Of a DNA stretch of 64,000 bases, positions 8,880-17,421 are shown one piece after another. Numbering within the stretch: position 1 is the first letter of the stretch; each line of letters begins with the position of its first letter. The DNA comes from Giardia intestinalis (Eukaryota). Position numbers and translations under genes: made by a program. Below the pieces are notes generated by a model, which was not told where the DNA came from, did not search any database, and saw only the letters and a list, made by a program, of their open reading frames with translations. Location: NCBI GenBank assembly GCA_000002435.2, contig CM018791.1; one strand, 5' to 3'.

Positions 8880-10748
8880 ATGGGCGGGTGCTACAAGGCA
8901 GGACAAGATCCTGGCAGTGAGATATGCACAGCAGCCAGTAACGGAGTATGCACTGCTTGTAATACAAAGAACGGCCTGTTCAAGAACCCAGTTACACCTC
9001 AGAAGCCTGGTAGTGAGTGCATCCTCTGCTGGGACACGGTGGGAGATGGCGCGACGAAGGGAGTAGAGAACTGCGCACAGTGTCAGGCACCACAGAGTGC
9101 AGGAGCAGCTACATGCACTGCCTGTCAAGATGGATACTATAAGAACGCTCAGACATGTGAGAAGTGTGATCAGTCCTGTCTGACCTGTGAGACTACAGAG
9201 ACCCAGTGTACCTCTTGTAAGGGAAATACGTTCCTGAAGGATAATGCATGCGTGAATAGTGATGGATGCACTGGAAACACTTATGCTGACCCTGTGACAA
9301 TGACCTGCAAGGCGTCTGCAATAACTGATTGCACCACGTGTGAGTACAACCCGGCAACTGGGGGCCCAAAGTGCACGGCATGTAATGGAGCTAAGATAGT
9401 CAAGGAAGAGGCCGACGGGACGACTACGTGTATAGACGCCGGCACCTGCACTCAAAGCGGAGCAACTGGTGAGAACTTCTTGAGCGACGGAGATGCCGAA
9501 TGCATACTATGTAGCAACGATAGCAGCAAGACAGATAATAACAAGGGAAGCCCCGGTTGCGGGACCTGCAGCAAGAACGGCGCTAAGCCAGAATGCAAGA
9601 CGTGCCTCGATGGCTACTACGACAGCGGGAACGGTAACCCCGCCGTATGCGTTGCGTGCGCTGGCGATTGCGGAAAGTGCGGGCCAGGAGGCGCTATAGA
9701 TACCTGTGAAAAGTGCAAGCCAGGGTTTTTCTTAAAGAATGACGGGGCCAAGAAGTGCGTCCCCTGCGACGATCCGACAGATGGAGTGCCCGGCTGTGCA
9801 ACGTGCACCTTCTCTAACTCGTTTACTTGTGACTCTTGTAAGGTGAACTACCAAAAGAAGGTAGGGGCTGGAGGAGCGGTCACGTGTGAGAAGACTTGTG
9901 AAGACCCTACTGCTTGTGGTGGTACTTCTGGCGCCTGCGATGCAATAGTGATCGACAACACAGGGAAGGAGCTTCACTACTGTTCATACTGTGGAAAGGA
10001 CAGTGAGTTCCCCATTAATGGACTATGTGTTGGGAATGAAAAGAAAGAGGGGAATAACTGTAACAGTCATACATGTACATCATGTACTACAGGATACTTC
10101 TTGTACATGGGAGGCTGCTATAAGTATGATACAGAACCAGGAAGCCTCATGTGCAAGACCGCTGAAGGGGGCAAGTGCACAGTTGCCAATGATGGTAATA
10201 AGTACTTCGTAGTACCAGAGGCACAGACCACTGATCGGTCCGTGTTGGCCTGTGGCAACCCCCTTGGCACACTAGTAGGCACTGATAGTACCTCTAAGGC
10301 ATACGTGGGGGTACTCAACTGTTCACAGTGTACAGCCCCAGCAGCTCCATCTGAGGGTGGCATGACTGCCGCCACGTGCACAGCGTGTACCAACAACAAC
10401 AAGCCCAACCTGGCTGGGAGCGGGTGCTTCCCATGTACCGTTAGTGGATGCTCGCACTGCAACAGGGATGACATGTGCGAGGCATGCAGTAGTGGTAAGA
10501 AGGTGAGCCCTGGAAGGAAGTCATGCGTGGATAGCTGCCCCAGCAACTCCACTGACACCGACTCTGTCTGTGTGTGCAACGATGGATACAGCCCTGACAG
10601 CAGTGGGACCTCCTGTGCGTCCTCTGGCACCAACAGGAGCGGGCTCTCCACGGGGGCCATCGCGGGGATCTCCGTCGCCGTGGTCGTTGTCGTGGGGGGC
10701 CTCGTGGGCTTCCTCTGCTGGTGGTTCATATGTAGAGGGAAGGCGTGA
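8880..10748 (+). CDS. VSP unit 6, a near-duplicate of unit 2. The first in-frame ATG lies inside the GGCY motif and there is no signal peptide.
   Basis: ATG at 8880-8882 giving 'MGGCYKAGQDPGSEICTAAS...'. The remainder is identical to unit 2 at the protein level apart from one 3-nt indel with adjacent substitutions near the start. It lies 7577-7580 nt downstream of unit 2. TGA at 10746-10748. The ORF-track start at 8598 is an out-of-frame read-through of unit 5's 3' end. Confidence 0.8.
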   Translation: MGGCYKAGQDPGSEICTAASNGVCTACNTKNGLFKNPVTPQKPGSECILCWDTVGDGATKGVENCAQCQAPQSAGAATCTACQDGYYKNAQTCEKCDQSCLTCETTETQCTSCKGNTFLKDNACVNSDGCTGNTYADPVTMTCKASAITDCTTCEYNPATGGPKCTACNGAKIVKEEADGTTTCIDAGTCTQSGATGENFLSDGDAECILCSNDSSKTDNNKGSPGCGTCSKNGAKPECKTCLDGYYDSGNGNPAVCVACAGDCGKCGPGGAIDTCEKCKPGFFLKNDGAKKCVPCDDPTDGVPGCATCTFSNSFTCDSCKVNYQKKVGAGGAVTCEKTCEDPTACGGTSGACDAIVIDNTGKELHYCSYCGKDSEFPINGLCVGNEKKEGNNCNSHTCTSCTTGYFLYMGGCYKYDTEPGSLMCKTAEGGKCTVANDGNKYFVVPEAQTTDRSVLACGNPLGTLVGTDSTSKAYVGVLNCSQCTAPAAPSEGGMTAATCTACTNNNKPNLAGSGCFPCTVSGCSHCNRDDMCEACSSGKKVSPGRKSCVDSCPSNSTDTDSVCVCNDGYSPDSSGTSCASSGTNRSGLSTGAIAGISVAVVVVVGGLVGFLCWWFICRGKA

Positions 10749-10755
10749 CTTAGGT

Positions 10756-10762
10756 AGTGAAT
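10756..10762 (+). promoter_or_regulatory. Putative polyadenylation signal AGTGAAT after unit 6.
   Basis: Same conserved 3' flank. Confidence 0.6.
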
Positions 10763-10774
10763 GCTGTACAATGT

Positions 10775-10830
10775 GTGATAGAAGGTGATAGTGGGTGATA
10801 ATGGGTGATAGAGGGTGATAGTGGAGTGTG
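10775..10830. repeat. Inter-VSP spacer GTGATARNGG-type repeat.
   Basis: gtgatagaaggtgatagtgggtgataatgggtgatagagggtgatagtggagtgtgat, identical to the 5095-5152 spacer. Confidence 0.85.
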
Positions 10831-12633
10831 ATATGCACAAAGGCTGAGGGAGGAGTGTGCACTGCTTGTAAGGCAGATAACGGCCTGTTCAAGAACCCAG
10901 TTACACCTCAGAAGCCTGGTGGGGAGTGCATACTGTGCTCTGATATCAAGGGAGCAGATGGATATACGGGGGTGGCTAACTGCGCACAGTGTACCAAGTC
11001 AGACAGTAGTCCAGGAGCAGCCACGTGTAGTACCTGCAGAGATGGATACTACATGGACTCTCAGGCATGTGTCAAATGTAATGACGCTTGTCTGACCTGC
11101 GATGGAAGTGGTCCGAATCAGTGTACATCGTGCCCAGAGGGGAAGTACCTGAAGACTGACAAGTCATGCGTGAATAATAATGGATGCACTGGAAACACTT
11201 ATGCTGACCCTGTGACAATGACCTGCAAGGATTCTGCAATAACTGATTGCACCACGTGTGAGTACAATGCGACCGTCAGTAAGCCCCAGTGCACCGCCTG
11301 TAATAACAATAAGAAGGTGAAGACGGCCATCGACGGCACCACGACATGTGTTACTGTTACATCCGATTGCGTAGACGAGAATCACTTCAAGGCAGATGAT
11401 GACTCAGCTTGTTATCTATGTAGTGATACAACAGGAACAGACCCAAATAAAGGAGTGGCTAATTGTGCAACCTGTACTGCAGCACAACAATGCACTAAGT
11501 GCCTTCCGGGCTTCTTTAAGACTAGTGCTACAGCTTGTGATGCTTGTGGTGATAACTGTGCCACATGTTCTGTTGCTGGTGATCCAAATAAGTGTGAAAC
11601 CTGCAAGACTGGATACTTCTTGGTAACTACTACAGATCCACAGGGGAAGAAGTGTGTCCCCTGTGACAGTACAACAGATGGTGGCCGCGAAGGCTGCAGT
11701 GTCTGCTCTAGCAACGGTGGATTCAAGTGCACTGAATGTAAGCCCAACTATAAGAAGCAGTCCAATGGTGATGCGGGGGATGACTATACATGTGTGAAGA
11801 CCTGCGAGGACCCCACGGCTTGTGGTGGTACTTCTGGCGCCTGTGATGCCATCGTAATCGACAACACAGGGAAGGAGCTTCACTACTGTTCTTACTGTGG
11901 AAAGGACAGTGAGTTCCCTATTGATGGTATATGTAATAGTGATAAAGGAACTAATCAATGTAATCAAGGTGTATGTACATCATGTACTACGGGGTACTTT
12001 ATGTACATGAATGGTTGTTACAAGGTGACAGAGGTGCCGGGTAAGTCCATGTGCACAAAGGCAGGTGATGGTGTCTGCACAGAGGCGGCAGCTGGGTACT
12101 TCATCCCTCCCTCGCCCACCAAGGACAAGCAGTCTGTCCTCTCCTGTGGGAACCCCCTTGGGGTCGAGCTGGCTGGCCAGAAGGCATACGTAGGAGTAGA
12201 TGGCTGTTCACAGTGTACAGCACCAAAACAGCTAGAGGCTCCTGGCATGACTCCTGCTATATGTACCTCTTGTGACAGTAGTAAGAAGCCCAACAGGGAT
12301 GGCAGTGGGTGCTTCCCATGTACCGTTAGTGGATGCTCGCACTGTGATATGGACAACATGTGCGAGGCATGCAGTAGTGGTAAGAAGGTGAGCCCTGGAA
12401 GGAAGTCATGCGTGGATAGCTGCCCCAGCAACTCCACTGATGATAACTCTGTCTGTGTGTGCAACGATGGATATAGCCCTGACAGCAGTGGGACCTCCTG
12501 TGTGTCCTCTGGCGCCAACAGGAGCGGCCTCAGCACAGGGGCCATCGCGGGGATCTCCGTCGCTGTGGTCGTCGTCGTGGGGGGCCTCGTCGGCTTCCTC
12601 TGCTGGTGGTTCGTGTGCAGGGGGAAGGCGTAG
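10828..12633 (+). CDS. VSP unit 7, the terminal unit. It is a chimera of the unit 4 5' half and the unit 3 3' half. There is no ATG; the ORF-track start is a GTG. Ends in CRGKA.
   Basis: Positions 10828-10830 are GTG. The N-terminal ~270 aa match unit 4 ('MICTKAEGGVCTACKADNGLFKNP...'). From 'DPQGKKCVPCDSTTDGGREGCSVCSSNGGFKCTECKPNYKKQSNGDAGDDY' onward it matches unit 3. TAG at 12631-12633. Its 3' flank differs from the others: a duplicated 'acttag', AGTAAAC instead of AGTGAAT, and no GTGATA repeat. Confidence 0.8.
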   Translation: MICTKAEGGVCTACKADNGLFKNPVTPQKPGGECILCSDIKGADGYTGVANCAQCTKSDSSPGAATCSTCRDGYYMDSQACVKCNDACLTCDGSGPNQCTSCPEGKYLKTDKSCVNNNGCTGNTYADPVTMTCKDSAITDCTTCEYNATVSKPQCTACNNNKKVKTAIDGTTTCVTVTSDCVDENHFKADDDSACYLCSDTTGTDPNKGVANCATCTAAQQCTKCLPGFFKTSATACDACGDNCATCSVAGDPNKCETCKTGYFLVTTTDPQGKKCVPCDSTTDGGREGCSVCSSNGGFKCTECKPNYKKQSNGDAGDDYTCVKTCEDPTACGGTSGACDAIVIDNTGKELHYCSYCGKDSEFPIDGICNSDKGTNQCNQGVCTSCTTGYFMYMNGCYKVTEVPGKSMCTKAGDGVCTEAAAGYFIPPSPTKDKQSVLSCGNPLGVELAGQKAYVGVDGCSQCTAPKQLEAPGMTPAICTSCDSSKKPNRDGSGCFPCTVSGCSHCDMDNMCEACSSGKKVSPGRKSCVDSCPSNSTDDNSVCVCNDGYSPDSSGTSCVSSGANRSGLSTGAIAGISVAVVVVVGGLVGFLCWWFVCRGKA

Positions 12634-12653
12634 ACTTAGCTGTGTACTTAGGT

Positions 12654-12660
12654 AGTAAAC
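12654..12660 (+). promoter_or_regulatory. Putative polyadenylation signal AGTAAAC (the canonical Giardia form) after the terminal unit 7.
   Basis: 'tacttaggtAGTAAACgc'. The flank differs from the internal junctions and marks the array boundary. Confidence 0.6.
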
Positions 12661-15600
12661 GCATCGCCTATTGCACCTGTCCACTCCATGGCCGTTGCGC
12701 CGTCATTCCATAAAACCGTTGGACCACCTGTCTCCGAGCATCCGTCGAATCCTGCGGTAGGACCGCGCCTCCATGTTTTGCCGTGCCCGCTTCTGTATGG
12801 CAATGAGCACCCCCTACTATTGTACAACTATTCCACCCAGAGGCAGGCGACATACATGGATCTTGACTCTAATATGCGCCTCTGTGCACCACCTCTCGCA
12901 CCTTAGCAGCCCGACTACAACATCGTGGGGTCTGGGCACTCCCAAGCGGCGTGTGTCGGGCACCTGATCGACTATGCACAAGGCCCGTGGCAGTCAAGGC
13001 GTGCAGCGCTGGACTATCATCTTAAGTACCCGGCGCATCCAAAGAGACGATAGCTGGAAGAACGGCTAGCCACACTTTTCAACCATTGGTGTCTTGCAGC
13101 ATCTCCAACATAAGCCTCTAGGCAGCGGTTCGCAGTGATACATGAGCTACAGGGGAGCTTGCCGCCAAACATGATCTGTGTGCATAGACCGGTTACCGTT
13201 ACTTGATGAAGTAGACGCTTCTCAGTTCGGGCACGTCTGGTCCGCGTGATCTCCTTGCCCGGGGCTCTTTTCTATAGCTATTACCGTGTGCGGGGTCCAA
13301 GAGGGCAGCCATCGATTTTCAAATGCGCGCTTGGCTCTGCCTTTCCCGGGATGCGCAGTGCTAAGCGTTGACGAACCACGCTCTGGCCACAGGATTTCCT
13401 TCGTGGGAAGGAAGCTCCTCCACAGTCCTGTAATCACATCCTAGAAGTGCCTGACTCCAGCTCCAATGTCATTATGGGTGACTCAGCCATGGAATGAATA
13501 CCACAGGACATCATGGTTAATGACATATGCTGCGGATCTTCCGACGGTTCTGCTGAGCCCTGTGCCGCTATCCGCAAACATCTACCCCAGGGATATAGAA
13601 ATCAGAGTCTGCAGAGGGATCCCTGGGGCTGTGAGCAGGGTGGTCTTCAGGGACGACCGGCGGCATCCACGGACATGGGCGCTCCCAACTGTGGTCGGCT
13701 CGAAGGCAGTGCTTGTTGGCTCATGCAAGGGCGATGCGGCTCTCCGGTAGGTCCCAGTGTCCGGCTGCATAATCTCTGTTAGATTCCTGGACGGGCTGAG
13801 ATTTTAGCCACGGCATCTGCAGGCAAGCCCGCACTGTGGCCTCCTCCAGCAGGAGCCAATCTGTCTCATCTCCGATGCCACCCTTCGCCGGGCCTTCGGT
13901 GGGACACCCATACACGTCAGCCATTGCACAATATACAGTATGAATCTCTAACAGTCTCTGACACATCGCACAGCTCCCTCAGCCGCCAGTTCGGCCATCC
14001 TACGGCGGAAACTCCTTAACTCGTTCCGAATTAAGAAGAGAAGCGCCGTCAGGCCCCGCCAGTACTGCGATCGGAGACGTCGTGGGAACACGGGGTGCCG
14101 AACCTTCTGCCGTTGACTGTCAGCCCCCGCACACGGGGATTCCGGCTGCATCCCACTACGCACTCTCGTGGAGCGACAGCGCAGACACTAAAGGGTGGCT
14201 TGGGGTCGTTCACTGGGCGTCGGCCACCTCATCGAGACCCCCGCAAATTGCTCCCGAGGAGTCTGCCGCCGACATGCGTTATAGGTGGGCACTTAGTGCG
14301 CTCTGCGAGGACAGGCCGGCCAGTATGAAGGACCTCACAGACAAAGAGCCTGAGGGCCTATAGCGGACTTCTACAGGCCAGTTCAACAACAGAGACGTCG
14401 GATGGCAGGCGCTAACAAGGATTGCTCGGCTCGACCCGCTAACGTAGATCCTCCAGATTGCATGCGCAAGACTGTTGCACTTACAACGGAGACCGACCTG
14501 GGTCGAGGCTCACATAAGGACAGCAACGTCGTGGATCATGGAAGCAACACGTGCATGGCGTTTATCCGTGCCTCCTGTCCATCCAGTGCTTGGGCCAGAC
14601 GCTGACCCTGGCAGTCAAGCAGAGAATGCACAGCAGCCGGCCCCAGACTGGGCGACCCAGAACTGCTTGTAAAATGGTCAACATGTCGCTGGGCCAGTTG
14701 TGGAGTGCGAAACTAAGAACGAGGCTCCTCCATGCTGCTGGTCAGCTCGGTCTCCAGGGAGCAGCTCCAAAAGAGACTACACGACGAACGAGGGCCAGCA
14801 AGGGGCCAGAAGGAGCAGTCGTTCGACAAATGAGGAAGAGCCAGAGATGCAACAACATGCAGGCGGCAGAGAAGAAGCAGGCACACCTAGCTCCGGTCAC
14901 TTTTCCACTTATTGGGTGCTGAGGGATGCACTCAGTAAGGACAGCCTGTACCAGCAACGTCGCAGCTTCAGCCTGAGCACTCCCTCCCGGGCTTCTTGTA
15001 CACTGCTGGAGAGAGCGTCCACTTGGGCCTGCTAGGAGCAGACCCGCTCGATGAGGCCCTGGGACCTTCTCGTACTCTTCGCTGCCATCGGTGTATCCAG
15101 GTAGCGTACCGGTACTTCGTGGCACCAGTGGGGAATGCTCTTCCTATCTACGCCTAGTTCCTGGAATCTCCTGCCAGTGAAGGACGCTTTGAACATAGGC
15201 TCACACGGAGCTTAGGGCGTCTGTGTGTCCGCCCAGCAGGTAGCACAGCACCAGGCGGGCAGTCGTCATGCCGCGCTGGATGCCAGCTTCTTTAATCAAG
15301 GAGCCATTCGACGCGAAGCTCTTCCGGATACACGGCTCGCTGGACGAGCTGGCTCAGCAGACCCGCCTGCAGGGGACCTCGTTGGGCATGGCTGGCGGTC
15401 GTCGGCTCCTGAGCAGGGGAGCTCATCCATTTCTCGGCGGTGGGCAGTGCATCTCCTCCGGCGCACCCACTCGTGCCAGGAGGCGTGTACAAGACGATCA
15501 GAGATGTAGTTGTGCCTGATGGCCACATCCAGGATGCAGACATGGAGGTAATAGTATACCTGTCAAGACAGCACACGACTTCCCTACAGCTCCTTGGCGT

Positions 15601-16542
15601 ATCGGCGCACGCAGGCAGAGGGCCAGCCAGGGTGAATGTCGTGGCCGGCCAGCTGCGCATCAGCCCTAGCTCACGGCCCAGAGAGCATTCAGTCGCCTGT
15701 TACCGGACGGGCCTGTCTGGTAGATCGTTGGCCCAGACCGCGGTGTTCGAGTCGTCTGCGCACACGGGAGAGACCTGCCTTCTCCTGCTGTGTGTGGTCT
15801 CTTCAACGATGTGTAAGCTGCGTCTGGTGGGCCCTGCGCTGTGCCGTGGTTGAGCATGCTGCACGCTCTAGGCATGACGGTCTCGCCACTGACCAGGACT
15901 TCAACTATTAGCTGCTCCTACCGACCACTCTTCGATGCCCCTCGACGACCACCAGACAAGCCGAGCTCTCCAGTCTTCAGCCCTTACTGGGGTATGTATC
16001 AGCGCACCCAGGCACGCCCCCGTAGCCCGCAGGGGGGAAGCATGGCACGCATGCGAAGGAAGTGGGCGGCCCGAGAAGATCCTGGCCCGTCTGGAGCGAG
16101 AGGGTGCCGGGCCCAGGAACGACCCCGGGCGGGAGGGCGAGGACGAGGCACCCCGGCGTGCGCGGGGGCAGAAGCGCAGAGACCGCGCCCGGAGCCACAA
16201 AGACCGGCCCCCCAACGGGCGGCACCAGCGGAGGCGCGGCGCAACCAAGAACGCAGGGGGGCGAAGAGTTTGGTCAGAGTGTACAATCGTGTATGTGAGG
16301 AAGCTACAAACGGAGATATCAAAGGTAGAAAGAGTGGCCCAGTTATATACCCTCATTGGGCCCCAATTTATCAGAACACTAGCTCTATAACTGGCATCAG
16401 CTTGTTACTCCATGCATGTACGCAGTACTGCAAGAGTGTTACTAAGAATTGGCAAACCTGTCCATGATACAGTGGAAATTGTACCTTCTAAAACGGCTCA
16501 GAAAGGTGATCATTCCAAGACTTCTTACCATGTGTTGCCTAC
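12661..16542. other. GC-rich (~57-60%) non-repetitive region of about 3.9 kb with no convincing ORF. Candidates are an ORF desert, a degenerate element, or the edge of the array.
   Basis: Only short overlapping ORFs (208 aa or less) on all six strands, with a length distribution like random sequence. No CXXC, ankyrin or RT motifs were noticed. The composition is unlike the flanking Giardia coding DNA. Confidence 0.5.
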
Positions 16543-17421
16543 CTAGCTTTCTGCAGGAGAAGGGGGGCAGATATTAGCTGGCGGCTCTACCAGGATCAGG
16601 GAAATGTACGCCATTTGAGCATTAGTGTTGAAGGGAATCGTCGTCGCTTGCGGATTGAGCAAGACAAACACTGGAGGGTACTGTATGGGGTTTTGGACAA
16701 GAGCATGGATGGGAGTGTCAGAATGGGAAGACGTGGTGTCAGTCCTCGCGTCATCTGGTACGGTGTTGGGTTCAGAAGAAAGGGTCGATGCTTCTAGTGG
16801 GAGCTTGTGTGAACTCAAAGGATAGAGATCTTCTTTGCTGATGGAGGTCGGTTGAAGATCAGGGGTTGAGTTAGACACGTGGCCCGCGGCTAGTGGAGAA
16901 GTAGCTCTGGGAGAGTCAGGTGTGTGCTCTTTGTGTTTTGATCCGCTCATCTTTCGTCGTCTTACTGGACGCTGAACATTGCATTCTGTGAGGACACTCC
17001 GTATGCAACGGCTATTGAGCATGTTGTTGTACGTCATTCGCAATTCTTGACGCGAATACCTTGTCCCAAAGCGCTTATGTATCTCCTTATAGAGTTGCTC
17101 ATCCAGAACCCGCCGGTGCTTGATCCAGTTGATGAGCATGTTGCGGATCTCTTCGCGGTCGTCATCAGTCATCTTAATGGTCAGGATATGCCGTGAGTGC
17201 GTCTCGCGGTACCAGTGATAGATCCTTTTCCTGTCCGCACCGACCTCCTTGGCGATTCTCTGCCAGTCGATGGGTGTCTTAACCACATACGCATAGAGTC
17301 TGCACGGGCTGGCAACAAGGTCGTCGACTGTCTCTTCCAACTGTTTTATGTCTATTACTTCCTTCGCCAGCCGATGCAGCACACCGGACTGGACCTCTAT
17401 CGTCAGACAAGGACTTACCAT
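16543..17421 (-). CDS. Myb/SANT-like DNA-binding domain protein (hypothetical).
   Basis: ATG confirmed (cat at 17419-17421). Two Myb-like helix-turn-helix repeats: 'WQRIAKEVGADRKRIYHWYRETH' (compare Myb R2 'IAKHLKGRIGKQCRERWHNHL') and 'IHKRFGTRYSRQELRMTYNNML' (R3-like). S/T/P-rich low-complexity C-terminus. Confidence 0.5.
   Translation of the reverse strand: MVSPCLTIEVQSGVLHRLAKEVIDIKQLEETVDDLVASPCRLYAYVVKTPIDWQRIAKEVGADRKRIYHWYRETHSRHILTIKMTDDDREEIRNMLINWIKHRRVLDEQLYKEIHKRFGTRYSRQELRMTYNNMLNSRCIRSVLTECNVQRPVRRRKMSGSKHKEHTPDSPRATSPLAAGHVSNSTPDLQPTSISKEDLYPLSSHKLPLEASTLSSEPNTVPDDARTDTTSSHSDTPIHALVQNPIQYPPVFVLLNPQATTIPFNTNAQMAYISLILVEPPANICPPSPAES

Noticed and set aside
1237-10830. GTGATA short repeats interpreted as a CRISPR array.
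   Set aside because: This is a eukaryotic genome. The repeats are 6-10 nt microsatellites without spacers, not 25-40-nt CRISPR repeats.
584-12545. Long antisense (- strand) ORFs of 100-240 aa running through every VSP unit (e.g. 584..1195, 2538..3191, 4610..5161, 10118..10840).
   Set aside because: VSP codon composition (TGT/TGC, GGx, ACx, GCx) is nearly stop-free on the reverse strand. The antisense translations are low-complexity (PTTTTTAT, LLLV) with no domain features. They are compositional artefacts.
12668-16467. Individual short ORFs inside the desert (e.g. 15841..16467 at 208 aa, 15935..16390, 15901..16356).
   Set aside because: They overlap one another on both strands. They are Arg/Pro/Ala-rich, as expected from translating GC-rich non-coding DNA. 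They carry no motifs.
12661-16542. GC-rich desert interpreted as rDNA.
   Set aside because: No resemblance to the Giardia SSU rRNA 5' region (CATCCGGTCGATCCTGCC...) or to any structured rRNA-like segment could be seen. GC is ~57-60%, not the ~75% typical of Giardia rDNA.
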